Numbered from the stretch's first letter, positions 29,679-40,003 are shown. The stretch is DNA of 64,000 nt from an uncultured bacterium (GCA_963705505.1 CAVPJU010000010.1:28488-92487), one strand, 5' to 3'. Notes: generated from the letters alone by a model not told the origin. Made by a program: numbers and translations.

Positions 29679-30620
29679 ATGCGTAAAAGGGTCCTCGTAA
29701 CCGGAGGGGCGGGATTTATAGGGTCCCACCTCTGTGAAAGGCTCCTCGGAGAGGGGAACGAGGTCATTTGCGTGGATAACTTCTTCACGGGGTCGAGGGA
29801 AAATATCAAGCACCTACTTCCCGACCCCTATTTCGAGGTCGTCAGGCACGATATATGCTTCCCTCTTTACCTCGAGGTGGACGAGATATATAACCTCGCG
29901 TGTCCCGCATCCCCGATCCATTATCAGCTCGATCCTGTCCAGACGACCAAGGTCAACGTCTCGGGGTCGATAAACATGCTGGGGCTCGCAAAGAGGCTGA
30001 AGATAAAGATATTCCAGGCATCGACGAGCGAGGTCTACGGAGACCCCGCAGTTCACCCCCAGACCGAGGATTACTGGGGGAACGTAAACCCGATAGGGCT
30101 GCGTGCCTGCTACGACGAGGGGAAGAGGTGCGCGGAAACCCTCTTTTTCGATTACCACCGCCAGCACGGCATAGAAATCAAGGTGCTCAGGATATTCAAC
30201 ACGTACGGCCCGAGGATGCACCCAAACGACGGCAGGGTAGTGAGCAACTTCATCATCCAGGCGCTCAGGGGGGAGGACATTACCATTTACGGGAGTGGCT
30301 CGCAAACGAGGTCCTTCTGCTACGTGGACGATACCGTGGACGCCGTTATACGCATGATGAACTCTCCCCGCGGGTTTACGGGTCCCGTAAACGCCGGGAA
30401 CCCGGATGAAGTCACGATGCTCGACCTCGCAAAGAGGATTATAGACTTAACGGACTCTCCATCGAAGCTCGTATTCAGCGACCTGCCCGGGGATGACCCG
30501 CGGAGAAGGAAGCCCGACATATCGCTTGCGCAAAAGAACCTCGGGTGGAATCCGGAGATAGATCTCGGAACCGGGCTCTTAAGGACAATTGAGTATTTCA
30601 GGTCGCGCCTCGGTGAGTAG
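29679..30620 (+). CDS. UDP-glucuronate decarboxylase (UDP-xylose synthase) type NAD-dependent epimerase/dehydratase
   Basis: [25 protein letters not shown] and ...[19 protein letters not shown]..., all UXS-typical. ATG at 29679 is preceded by GAGGAG; the ORF track starts at an earlier ATG (29655). Confidence 0.82.
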   Translation: MRKRVLVTGGAGFIGSHLCERLLGEGNEVICVDNFFTGSRENIKHLLPDPYFEVVRHDICFPLYLEVDEIYNLACPASPIHYQLDPVQTTKVNVSGSINMLGLAKRLKIKIFQASTSEVYGDPAVHPQTEDYWGNVNPIGLRACYDEGKRCAETLFFDYHRQHGIEIKVLRIFNTYGPRMHPNDGRVVSNFIIQALRGEDITIYGSGSQTRSFCYVDDTVDAVIRMMNSPRGFTGPVNAGNPDEVTMLDLAKRIIDLTDSPSKLVFSDLPGDDPRRRKPDISLAQKNLGWNPEIDLGTGLLRTIEYFRSRLGE

Positions 30621-30807
30621 CGGGTCGAGAAAGGCCTTTCTTATGCAATCGGTCTGGGCGCTGCTATGTCCCTGGGTCCGGCATAAACTGTGCCGCGTCC
30701 GGATTCCCGCGAATAATGCGTGACATATCTGATTATAGAATTATATAAACGATTGCGGTGCGCATGCCTCTTTTGACGGTTTTTCCCCGTAGCTGACAAA
30801 AATAGTC

Positions 30808-30834
30808 TTGACTTTTTGTAAGCAGTTGTATTAT
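30808..30834 (+). promoter_or_regulatory. candidate sigma70-like promoter for proA (TTGACT - 15 nt - TATTAT)
   Basis: ttgact ttttgtaagcagttg tattat lies ~40 nt upstream of the proA ATG. The 15-nt spacer is shorter than optimal. Confidence 0.3.
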
Positions 30835-30872
30835 CATTTAAATACCAGTTCTAGGACCGAAGAAATATCTAA

Positions 30873-32165
30873 ATGTCTGATATTAAAGCAAAAAATAAAC
30901 TTCAGCATACTCGATTATCCAAGCTCATGACTGAAATCGCCGAAAGGGCGAAGGGAGCTTCGCTTAAGCTCGCAAAATCCCCTTCCGGCCCCAAGAACGA
31001 CGCGCTTCTCAGGATGTCAAAAGGCATCATCGAAAGGGCGGGGCATATAATCGCTGAGAATAAGAAGGACGTGGACGAGGCCCTGTCGAAGGGGCTCTCC
31101 GGAGCCATGATAGACCGTCTCACGCTGACAGAGGAGCGTATCGCGAAGATTTCGGACGGACTCAGGGAAGTCTCGGCCCTCGATGACCCCGTCGGGGAGA
31201 TCGTCCGCATGTGGAAGCGTCCGAACGGGCTTCTCGTGGGGAAGATGAGGATACCGCTTGGCGTGATAGGGATAATTTACGAGTCGAGGCCCAACGTCAC
31301 GGCCGACGCCGCGGGCCTATGCATTAAGTCGGGCAACGCGGTTATACTCCGCGGCGGCTCTGAATCGATAAGGACTAACCTCGCGATAGGCGAGGTGCTG
31401 AGGGGCTCCCTGAAAGAGTCCGGTCTGCCCGAGGACGCGGTGCAGATCGTCCCGGTCGCAGAGAGGGAGGCGGTTCTCGAGATGCTCAAGCTCGAGGAGT
31501 ATATCGACCTCATAATACCGAGGGGAGGGGAGGGACTCATCAGGTTCGTGTCGGAGAACTCGAGAATACCCGTCCTCAAACATTATAAGGGTGTTTGCCA
31601 CATATTCGTCGACGAGAGCGCCGACCCTGAGATGGCCGAGAGGATTTGCGTTAACGCCAAGGTGGAGCGCCCGGGCGTATGCAACGCCATGGAGACGATG
31701 CTCGTCCATGAAAATATTGCGGGTAAATTCCTGCCGCGTATCGCGAAGAGGTTCGCCGAAGAGGGGGTTGAGCTCAGGGGCTGCGAGCGCACGAGGGAAA
31801 TAGTGCCCGGTATGAAGAAAGCCGAAGAGGCGGACTGGTACGAGGAATACCTCGACCTCATACTGAGCGTGAAGGTCGTAAAAGATATCGATGAAGCGAT
31901 AAACCATATAGAGAAATACGGCTCCATGCACACGGAGTCGATAATCACGGAGAACTACACAAATTCTCAAAAGTTCCTAAACGGAGTAAATTCGTCGACC
32001 GTCATGGTCAACGCGTCCACGCGGTTCAGTGACGGGTACGAGCTCGGACTCGGCGCCGAGATCGGAATAAGCACGTCCAAGCTGCACGCTTTCGGACCGA
32101 TGGGCGCACTCGAGCTTACGACGACGAAGTTCATCGTTTTCGGAGAAGGGCAGATTAGAAAGTAG
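30873..32165 (+). CDS. proA: gamma-glutamyl phosphate reductase
   Basis: 430 aa aldehyde dehydrogenase-fold ProA (..[24 protein letters not shown]..). Confidence 0.9.
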   Translation: MSDIKAKNKLQHTRLSKLMTEIAERAKGASLKLAKSPSGPKNDALLRMSKGIIERAGHIIAENKKDVDEALSKGLSGAMIDRLTLTEERIAKISDGLREVSALDDPVGEIVRMWKRPNGLLVGKMRIPLGVIGIIYESRPNVTADAAGLCIKSGNAVILRGGSESIRTNLAIGEVLRGSLKESGLPEDAVQIVPVAEREAVLEMLKLEEYIDLIIPRGGEGLIRFVSENSRIPVLKHYKGVCHIFVDESADPEMAERICVNAKVERPGVCNAMETMLVHENIAGKFLPRIAKRFAEEGVELRGCERTREIVPGMKKAEEADWYEEYLDLILSVKVVKDIDEAINHIEKYGSMHTESIITENYTNSQKFLNGVNSSTVMVNASTRFSDGYELGLGAEIGISTSKLHAFGPMGALELTTTKFIVFGEGQIRK

Positions 32166-32193
32166 TGCCATCTAAATTAGAGGAGGATGGAAA

Positions 32194-33537
32194 TTGAGAA
32201 AAGCCAGGCTTAAGACCAAAACCCTTCCTGCGTCCGACAGAAAGAGTTCGAGGATCGGATCCATATCCAAGAAGAAGGAAAAGAAGAAAGAGAATTTCAC
32301 GAATGCCGAGTACGATAATTTCCCCGAGGATATCGAGAGCGTCCCGCAGGAGGAAGAGTTCCTGATGGATATCGACGATAAGGTGCTTGTCGAGCTCTCG
32401 GAGGCGGAGATCGACCTGAAAGAGGAGAACCCGGAGGACGAATCGTCCGAGGAAAGCGGAAAGCAGTTTACGCCTGATGAGGAATTCAGGCTCTTACAGG
32501 TTTATTTCAAGGAGATGGGGATGGAGCCTCTCCTTACCCCGAAAGAGGAAATAGAGGTTTCGGCCAAGATAAAAAGGTGCGAGGCGAAAGCGGCCGAGAT
32601 GAGGTCGATACTCGAAAACCTTTTTCAAAAACGGCTCGGCAAAGCGCTTGAAAGCACGATCTCCCAGGTGGAAGGCCTTAAACGCAGAGGCATGTCCGCG
32701 CGGATGAAAAACTCGAAAAAGCTGAAATCGGCCGTAAGGAAGCTCGACGGCGAAGCGGCAAAGAAAAGCATCAGGAGATCGACCCTCCTTTCAAAGGTGT
32801 ACATGATGCGCGCGAGGCGCTTCAAGGAAAGGTTTATAAAAGCCAATCTCAGGCTCGTCGTGAGCATTGCGAAAAGGTATATGAGCAGGGGCCTCCCGCT
32901 GCCCGACCTGATTCAGGAAGGGAACGTGGGTCTCATGAGGGCGGTCGAGAGGTTTGACCATACGAAGGGGTATAAGTTCTCTACGTACGCGTCGTGGTGG
33001 ATACATCAGGCGATATCGCGCTCCCTTCTGGACCAGACGAGAACTATCAGGGTCCCGGTTTATGTGCTCGAGCAGGCGACCAAGGTCCACAGGGTCAGCT
33101 CGGCGATGAATAAGGAGATGGGAAGAAAGCCGCTCCCCGAAGAGATTTCGAGGAAGACCGGCATTTCCGTCGAGGGCGTAAAGAGGGTGCTCGAAGCGAC
33201 CAAGGAAGTAGTTCAGCTCGACTCCCCTGTTCTCGACGGTGAGAAGACGACGCTCCTCGATTTCATACAGGACGACGTTACGGGCTCTCCCGACTTTGCC
33301 GTTGCGAAAGCCACGCTTACATCGAAGATAAAGGACGCCCTCTCGACGCTCACGCCGCGCGAGGAACAGATACTCAAAATGAGGTTCGGCATAGGTTTCG
33401 AGACGACATTCACGCTGGACGAGATAGGGAAACACTTCAGGCTGACCAGGGAACGCATCAGGCAGATAGAAAAGAGGGCTCTGGAGAAGCTCGAAGATTC
33501 CGACGTAGGGGCGATACTTAAAAGTTTTATAGAGTAG
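32194..33537 (+). CDS. RNA polymerase sigma-70 family factor (RpoD/SigA-like regions 1.2-4 with an acidic N-terminal extension)
   Basis: Region 2 DLIQEGNVGLMRAVERFD..GYKFSTYASWWI.QAI.RS; region 4 ...TLDEIGKHFRLTRERIRQIEKRAL.KL. Confidence 0.85.
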   Translation: MRKARLKTKTLPASDRKSSRIGSISKKKEKKKENFTNAEYDNFPEDIESVPQEEEFLMDIDDKVLVELSEAEIDLKEENPEDESSEESGKQFTPDEEFRLLQVYFKEMGMEPLLTPKEEIEVSAKIKRCEAKAAEMRSILENLFQKRLGKALESTISQVEGLKRRGMSARMKNSKKLKSAVRKLDGEAAKKSIRRSTLLSKVYMMRARRFKERFIKANLRLVVSIAKRYMSRGLPLPDLIQEGNVGLMRAVERFDHTKGYKFSTYASWWIHQAISRSLLDQTRTIRVPVYVLEQATKVHRVSSAMNKEMGRKPLPEEISRKTGISVEGVKRVLEATKEVVQLDSPVLDGEKTTLLDFIQDDVTGSPDFAVAKATLTSKIKDALSTLTPREEQILKMRFGIGFETTFTLDEIGKHFRLTRERIRQIEKRALEKLEDSDVGAILKSFIE

Positions 33538-33542
33538 AGTCG

Positions 33543-35198
33543 ATGCTCGTCGGACTCAACCTCAAAAATTTTACCGTCATTGACGAAATCGCCGTAAGCT
33601 TCGGTCCCGGACTCAATATAATCACCGGAGAGACAGGGGCGGGCAAATCCGTCATAGTCGATGCCGTGAACGTGATACTCGGGGATAAGGTGTCCCCGGA
33701 GTACATAAAAACGGGCAGGGAGGAGGCACACCTGGAGGCGCTTTTCGACGTATCCGAAAATGCCGCTCTCAGGGAGAGGCTCGATTCCCTCGGATTCGAC
33801 ACCCCGGACGGCGAACTCCTCGTAAAGCGCATAATCTACCGTAAGGGCAGGAGCAGGGCCTTTATAAACGGCGGCATAGCCACTCTCTCCATACTCGAGC
33901 AGGCAAGCGAAGGAATAATAGACATATTCAGCCAGCACGAGCACCAGAGCCTCCTCAGGGCGGAGAACCATGTGAAAGTTTTGGATGAGTACGGCGGGCA
34001 CGCAGGGCTCGTATCGGAGTTGAGGGAGATTTACGGCAGGTGGAGGGGCGTGAATAGAGAGCTCGACAGGCTCGTGGAGAGTCAGAAAACGCTCTTCGAG
34101 AGGGAAGACTTCCTCAAGTTCCAGTGCGCTGAGATAGACGACGCGCTCTTGAGAGAAGGGGAGGACACGGAGCTCGAGGACGAAAAGAAGAGGCTCCTTA
34201 ACAGCGAGCGTCTCCTTTCGGCGGCGCGGGGTGCGTACGAGGCTCTATACGAGAGCGAGCCTTCACTCCTCGGGTCATTGAAGAGGCTCTCCTCGGATGT
34301 TCAGGACGCGAGCAGGATAGACGTCTCGCTCAGGCAGGCGGCGGAATCCATCGAAAACGCGGCTCTCCAGTTAAAGGACGCCGCTTTCACACTCAGGGAC
34401 TACGCATCGGAGCTCAGCTTCGAGAGCGGCAGGCTCGAAGTGATCGAGAGCAGGCTTCAGGAGATAAAGGACCTCAAAAGGAAATTCGGCGAGACGATCA
34501 TAGATATACTGAGAAAGAGAGAAGAGCTCGGAAGGGAGCTCCACGGCATAGCGAGCTACGAGGGTGAGGTCTCGAAGCTGAGAGAGGAGTCCGAGAAGAT
34601 TAGGATCGAGCTCTATTCAAAGGCTGAAAAGCTCTCGAAGCTGAGGAAGGAATCGGCGGTTAAATTGAGCAGGTCCATCGAAAAGGAGCTCAAGGATGTA
34701 GGCATAAAGGGCGCAAGGTTTTCAGTAGCTTTCGGAGAGAAGGACGTCTCCGCCGACGGAATGGACGACGTCTCGTTCCTCTTCTCTGCAAACCCGGACG
34801 AAGATCCGAAACCCCTTACGAGAGTGGCTTCGGGTGGAGAGCTCTCGCGCATAATGCTCGTCTTAAAGGAGCTCATCGCGAAGATGGAGGGTGGCTCCGT
34901 GATCATATTCGACGAGGCGGATTCGGGTATAGGCGGCGCCGTCGCCGAGACTGTCGGAAAGAAGATACGGAATCTCTCGGAGCACTGTCAGGTGATATGC
35001 ATCACGCACCTGCCTCAAGTGGCTAAATTCGCCGATACGCATCTACTCGTGACGAAGACGCTTGAGGACAAAAAAACGCGTGTCGGGATACGGAGCCTCG
35101 GGCGGGAAGAAAGGGTCAGGGAGCTCGCCCGCATGATTGGCGGTATAAACGTAACCGAGAAAACTATCGAAACCGCAAAGGAGATGCTCGGCAACTAG
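33543..35198 (+). CDS. recN: DNA repair protein RecN
   Basis: 551 aa SMC-like: Walker A GETGAGKS at the N-terminus, coiled coil, C-terminal signature/Walker B ...LSGGE.SRI.LVL...IFDE.D.GIGG. Confidence 0.9.
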   Translation: MLVGLNLKNFTVIDEIAVSFGPGLNIITGETGAGKSVIVDAVNVILGDKVSPEYIKTGREEAHLEALFDVSENAALRERLDSLGFDTPDGELLVKRIIYRKGRSRAFINGGIATLSILEQASEGIIDIFSQHEHQSLLRAENHVKVLDEYGGHAGLVSELREIYGRWRGVNRELDRLVESQKTLFEREDFLKFQCAEIDDALLREGEDTELEDEKKRLLNSERLLSAARGAYEALYESEPSLLGSLKRLSSDVQDASRIDVSLRQAAESIENAALQLKDAAFTLRDYASELSFESGRLEVIESRLQEIKDLKRKFGETIIDILRKREELGRELHGIASYEGEVSKLREESEKIRIELYSKAEKLSKLRKESAVKLSRSIEKELKDVGIKGARFSVAFGEKDVSADGMDDVSFLFSANPDEDPKPLTRVASGGELSRIMLVLKELIAKMEGGSVIIFDEADSGIGGAVAETVGKKIRNLSEHCQVICITHLPQVAKFADTHLLVTKTLEDKKTRVGIRSLGREERVRELARMIGGINVTEKTIETAKEMLGN

Positions 35199-35250
35199 AT
35201 TCGCCGCGAGGGGATTTCAAACCGGCGAATGAGTAAGGGCTTGATCGAAA

Positions 35251-35811
35251 ATGCCTATAAGCGTTAAAGAGACGGAGCTTCCCGGAGTACTGGTGATAGA
35301 GTCCGAAATACACTCGGACGCCAGGGGTTTCTACAAAGACGTATACCACCTTGAAAAGTACAGCTCCTCCGGCCTCGGTATGACGTTCGTTCAGGACAAC
35401 CACTCACATTCGGTCAAGAATGTGCTCCGCGGAATTTATTACCAGATGACTAAGCCCCAGGGCAAACTCGTTATGGCAATAACCGGAGAGATTTTCGACG
35501 TGGCGGTGGATATAAGGGCAGGCTCGCCTAATTTCGGGAAGTGGACGGGTGTTTACCTCTCGCCTCTCAATAACCGTCAGCTATATATACCCGAGGGTTT
35601 CGCACACGGGTTCTGCGTCCTCAGCGATTCCGCGGACGTAATATATAAATGCACGCAGTTTTATGCCGTCGATGAGGACTACGGCATACTCTGGTCGGAC
35701 CCAACTCTCGATATAAATTGGCCTGTGAAAGAGCCGATTCTATCGGAGAAGGACAAAAACAACCCCCCTCTCCACGAAATACCGCTCACGCTTCTTCCTT
35801 CTTACAAATAG
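35251..35811 (+). CDS. rfbC: dTDP-4-dehydrorhamnose 3,5-epimerase
   Basis: 186 aa cupin: ..D.RGFF.......QDN.S.S...VLRG.H.Q......KLV....G.I.DVAVD.R..S. Confidence 0.88.
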   Translation: MPISVKETELPGVLVIESEIHSDARGFYKDVYHLEKYSSSGLGMTFVQDNHSHSVKNVLRGIYYQMTKPQGKLVMAITGEIFDVAVDIRAGSPNFGKWTGVYLSPLNNRQLYIPEGFAHGFCVLSDSADVIYKCTQFYAVDEDYGILWSDPTLDINWPVKEPILSEKDKNNPPLHEIPLTLLPSYK

Positions 35812-35902
35812 AGTTGTTCGAAATAGATTCAGCCCGGCTGCAACGGGACGGTCCCTGAGACGTTTTTCGGTTCCGCGGGCCGCGTTTCTTATTCGGGCTG
35901 CC

Positions 35903-36457
35903 TTATGACTGGTAGGCTGCGAAGACGACGGCGGCGATCACCGTAGTCCATAGACCGCTCTTGTCCCCGACCGCTGTCTGGGTGTTATTCATCGTCTTTA
36001 CGGTGTGCCCGCTTATCTTCCATATATCCTTTTGCTCGTCATAGCTCTTATCCGGGTCGAAAGGCGCGCCCAGCGTCGTGGCAAGCATGTACGCAGCGAG
36101 GTCCTCCGCGTACTCCCCCGCTATCGTATCGTTCTGTCCGAAGCTGTGGTGCTCGGATATATAGCCGTGGTGCTCAGGGTCTTTCGGTATCGCGATGCCT
36201 GTGGTGGCCGCCACGAGCCTGTTGGGCTCATTCGTGGCGTTTTCGCTCATCACTACGTGCACTATCTGTCCCGGGCTCAGATATTTTAGCCCGTTCGTGC
36301 GCGATATGAGTTTGCAGTTGGGAGGGAAAATACTCGACACCTTTACCAGGTTATATGCGGCAATCCCCGCGTCCCTGAGGGCCATTTCGAAGCTCGTGAG
36401 TTTCTCTTTGTGTTTCCCGACGCCTTTTGTGATGAAAGCCTTTTTTGGTAAAAGCAA
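35903..36457 (-). CDS. pdaD: pyruvoyl-dependent arginine decarboxylase
   Basis: 184 aa: ...LVKVSSIFPP... (self-cleavage Ser-Ser site), PdaD family. Confidence 0.82.
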   Translation of the reverse strand: MLLPKKAFITKGVGKHKEKLTSFEMALRDAGIAAYNLVKVSSIFPPNCKLISRTNGLKYLSPGQIVHVVMSENATNEPNRLVAATTGIAIPKDPEHHGYISEHHSFGQNDTIAGEYAEDLAAYMLATTLGAPFDPDKSYDEQKDIWKISGHTVKTMNNTQTAVGDKSGLWTTVIAAVVFAAYQS

Positions 36458-36747
36458 TTTTGTTACCTCCTTGAATTAAAAGCAGAATTTTCTACTATAA
36501 GGCGGCAATTGTCAAACCCAGGGGCGTTTAAATAATGAGACAGGGCGCGCTGTGCCGGTTTTGCATTTTTTGTAATCCCGTTCTGACGTCATTTGTGACT
36601 GTTTTTCCTGCTTAATTTTCAACATTTAATATTTATTTGTTCCTAACCCCTTGAAAACATTCGATTGGTGACTAGGTTGTATATTGGCACGCAAATTGCA
36701 TGTAAATAATACATGACGTTGTAAAAATTTCAACAGGAGGTAGGTAA

Positions 36748-36966
36748 ATGGACATCAAAATAGTACCATATAGGTTCGAGCCGTCATGCGATTGTTCGCC
36801 CGAAGCCGTAGGTTTTGACAAGAGCCTCCACATAGGCAGCGTTCACGCTCCCATTACTTATTGGGGGGTTTTCCTGAACGAGAACAGGGTTTCTACGACC
36901 TCTTCGAGAGAACTCGCCGAAAAGACCAAGGAGTGGATGGAGAACTGGCTGGCAAGCCCGCAATAA
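36748..36966 (+). CDS. small hypothetical protein (72 aa) with own RBS and terminator
   Basis: Strong RBS (AGGAGG-N7-ATG) and a strong terminator directly downstream. I recognise no domain. Confidence 0.5.
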   Translation: MDIKIVPYRFEPSCDCSPEAVGFDKSLHIGSVHAPITYWGVFLNENRVSTTSSRELAEKTKEWMENWLASPQ

Positions 36967-36994
36967 CGAAAAAAATATCCGATACCCCCTATCT

Positions 36995-37040
36995 GCCGCA
37001 TTGATGCATATGCTTTATGCATCAATGCGGCTTTGTTTCG
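36995..37040 (+). terminator. rho-independent terminator
   Basis: Perfect 15-bp stem gccgcattgatgcat / atgcatcaatgcggc with loop atgcttt, then tttgtttcg. Confidence 0.8.
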
Positions 37041-37186
37041 CAAATCCCTCATACACCCCATATGGATTATCCCGGCGCGGAGAGCCGCCGGACCTCTATG
37101 ATTGCCCGGTCTTTGACTGCGGGCTCCGTTTGGAAGTATATTAGTCGCAGAAGGCTTATATATATCTGACGAGGAGACGGGTTGAT

Positions 37187-38218
37187 ATGAAGGCTGTCGT
37201 TACGGGCGGAACCGGGTTCATAGGCGGACGGCTCGTCGAAGAGCTCGTTGAAAAGGGATACAAAGTCAGATGTCTCGTCAGGGACACGAGCGACGTAAAG
37301 ATGCTTAAGGAGCTGGGCGCCGAGCTTTACCACGGCGACCTCGGCGATAGCCGAAGCCTCGAGAGACTGCCCGAGGGCGGCGACGTGGTATTCCACCTGG
37401 CTGCTCTGGTTTCCGACTGGGGGGAGAGGTCGGAGTTCCGGAGATTCAATGTAGATGCAACCAACACCCTTCTCGAAGCTTCGCTGAAGTCGGGCGTGAA
37501 GAGGTTCGTCCATATGAGCTCCTCCACGGTCGTCTGGAAGTCCGACTTCTGGAACGTCCACAACCTGATCGACATAGACGAGACTTTCCCGTACAGGGAC
37601 AGATACAACGATTATTACAACGAGTCGAAGGCGGATGCTGAAAGGCTCGTATTAAGATTTTACAGGGACCGTGGTCTCGGGACCGTGGTCATCAGGCCCT
37701 CAAACGTCTGGGGCGCCGGAGATACGGTGATTCTTCCGCGGGTGGCGATGGCAGCCCGGAAAGGAATTCTTTTCCCCATGGGCAGCGGCGTGAGGACCGT
37801 CACTCCCTGCCATGTCTCGAACCTCGCCAGGGCTCTCGTCCTCGCGGCGGAGAGCGGGAGAGCGCCGGGCAATATCTACTTCGTAAACGACGGGGTAAAA
37901 ATAAGCTACATGGAGTTTCTTAAGAAACAGTTAAAAGCGGCGGGGATCGACTGGACTCCGGGTTTCTCTATACCGTATAAATTCGCGTATGCTCTGGCGT
38001 CGATCATGGAGTCCGCATACCGCGCGAGGAAATCGAAGAAGCCCCCCGTGCTCACCAGGTTTGCCGTGGCTGCGCTCGCCGGCAGCAGGAGCTACTCCAT
38101 AGAAAAGGCGAGGCGGGACCTCGGTTACGAGCCTTCCGTCGATATGGACCTGGGGATGAGAGAGATGGAGAACTGGGTCAAGCTCCTGGGCGGAACCGAC
38201 GCGCTTTTGAAATCATGA
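37187..38218 (+). CDS. NAD(P)-dependent epimerase/dehydratase family protein (SDR fold)
   Basis: VVTGGTGFIGGRLVEEL, a Rossmann fold. 343 aa. Confidence 0.75.
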   Translation: MKAVVTGGTGFIGGRLVEELVEKGYKVRCLVRDTSDVKMLKELGAELYHGDLGDSRSLERLPEGGDVVFHLAALVSDWGERSEFRRFNVDATNTLLEASLKSGVKRFVHMSSSTVVWKSDFWNVHNLIDIDETFPYRDRYNDYYNESKADAERLVLRFYRDRGLGTVVIRPSNVWGAGDTVILPRVAMAARKGILFPMGSGVRTVTPCHVSNLARALVLAAESGRAPGNIYFVNDGVKISYMEFLKKQLKAAGIDWTPGFSIPYKFAYALASIMESAYRARKSKKPPVLTRFAVAALAGSRSYSIEKARRDLGYEPSVDMDLGMREMENWVKLLGGTDALLKS

Positions 38219-38308
38219 CCGGTATAAATATTTTCCTGACATCATGAATGCACGACCGTTTGATTGAAAGAAGGCTTCATTTAATGTAGTTTTCTTCACG
38301 CCCCCGAT

Positions 38309-39040
38309 ATGCAGGACTCACACACGGATTCAGGATTCGATATCCAAGCCCAGGGACTGACGAAGTCGTTCGGTAATTTTGAAGCCCTCTGCGGGATAGA
38401 CCTCGATATCAGAAAGGGGGAGTTCTTCACCCTGTTCGGCCCGAACGGAGCGGGCAAGACCACTTTTATCCGGATACTCTCCACCCTTGCAAAACCCTCC
38501 TCGGGAAAGCTGACGATATCGGGGTTCGATGCGAGGAAGGAGCCCGACAAGGTGAGACGGGTTACCGGGGTGATATCGCACGACCCGTTTTTATACGAGA
38601 ACCTGAGCGCGTTCGAGAATATAAAATTCTTCGGGACCCTTTACGGGGTCGAGAACATAGATGACAGGGGCGAGGAAGTCATAAAACAGGTCGGACTCGG
38701 TCAGCGCATGCACGATCTCGTGAGGAATTTCAGCCGGGGCATGAAGCAGCGCCTGGCGGTAGCGCGGGCGATAGTACACGAGCCCGGGATACTCCTCCTG
38801 GATGAGCCTTATACGGGGCTCGACCAGCACGGGGCAAAAGTATTCGGGGAGATGCTCACACTCCTTAAATCCCGGAACCGGACGATACTAATGACAACTC
38901 ACAATATGGATGAAGGCCTTGACCGGAGCGACCGTATAGGCATTCTCGCCGGGGGGCGTATAGTCTATGAATGCGGAAGGGAAGGGGTGGATAAGGACAC
39001 CTTCAAGGAAATATACATTTCGAGTGTGGAAAATTCATAA
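38309..39040 (+). CDS. ccmA: ABC transporter ATP-binding protein, heme exporter CcmA-like
   Basis: Walker A GPNGAGKTT, signature FSRGMKQRL, Walker B LLLDEP. It is followed by ccmB and ccmC. Confidence 0.75.
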   Translation: MQDSHTDSGFDIQAQGLTKSFGNFEALCGIDLDIRKGEFFTLFGPNGAGKTTFIRILSTLAKPSSGKLTISGFDARKEPDKVRRVTGVISHDPFLYENLSAFENIKFFGTLYGVENIDDRGEEVIKQVGLGQRMHDLVRNFSRGMKQRLAVARAIVHEPGILLLDEPYTGLDQHGAKVFGEMLTLLKSRNRTILMTTHNMDEGLDRSDRIGILAGGRIVYECGREGVDKDTFKEIYISSVENS

Positions 39041-39318
39041 AACGTAAAATTACTTGAAGTATTTGGATGGCAGGCATGCCAGTTATTACAGGATGATACA
39101 GCAAATATATAATGCAATAACTGATGTTGGTAAATTAATATTTCGGATCACGGTTTAGAGTTAAAATACTTTTATTTACGAGCATTATGCAGAATATTAA
39201 ATATGTATAGTAATAACTACATATCATTGGATATTATGGCTCCACACTGCATCGATTGCCCGTATCCCGGAGTCAAAGTCTCAATCCACGAGAGCCGGAA
39301 GACGGAGGCTGACCCGGA

Positions 39319-39990
39319 TTGAAAAAGGTTTGGGCGATAATCAGGAAGGATTTTGTGACGGAGATGAGGACAAAAGAGCTCTTCTCCTCCATGCTGACAT
39401 TTTCACTCCTGGTTACGGTGATATTCAGCTTCGCTTTCGGGTTCTCGACGGAGCTTGTCAGGCTTTCGGCACCGGCGATGCTATGGATCACGTTCACGTT
39501 CGCCGGGGTCCTCGGCCTCTCCCGCTCGTTCGCGCTGGAGAAGGAAGGTAACGCCGTCCTCGGCCTCCTCCTCACGCCGACGGACAGGAGTCTCATTTAC
39601 TTCGGTAAAATGATAAGCGGCACGGTCTTCGTTTTCATAGTCGGCATTATAATCGTCCCGATGTTCATTCTCTTCTTCAATCTCAGCTTCCTGGCCACTC
39701 TCGTGCCTCTCGTGCCCGTCATATTCCTGGGCGCGCTCGGATTCGTCTCCGTGGGCACGTTGTTTTCAGCTATGGCCGTCAATACGCGGCTCCGCGAGGT
39801 GCTCCTCCCGATACTCCTCTTTCCGATAATCATCCCGCTCATTGTGAGCGCGGTGAAGCTGACGGGACTCGTGCTTGAGGGGAAGCCGCTCTCGGAGGGA
39901 TCTTCCGCTTTACAACTCCTCATAGCATTCGATATAATCTTTATTGCCGCGTGCGCCGTGGTCTTCGAATTCGTGATAGAGGAATCGTAG
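39319..39990 (+). CDS. ccmB: heme exporter protein B
   Basis: 223 aa, 6-TM CcmB-like (FSFAFGF..., ..LLTPTDR...). Confidence 0.75.
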   Translation: MKKVWAIIRKDFVTEMRTKELFSSMLTFSLLVTVIFSFAFGFSTELVRLSAPAMLWITFTFAGVLGLSRSFALEKEGNAVLGLLLTPTDRSLIYFGKMISGTVFVFIVGIIIVPMFILFFNLSFLATLVPLVPVIFLGALGFVSVGTLFSAMAVNTRLREVLLPILLFPIIIPLIVSAVKLTGLVLEGKPLSEGSSALQLLIAFDIIFIAACAVVFEFVIEES

Positions 39991-40003
39991 GGGGCAATTC
40001 AAC

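Noticed and set aside
31317-31970. 217-aa minus-strand ORF inside proA, and 214/262-aa minus ORFs inside the sigma-factor gene
   Set aside because: Shadow ORFs.
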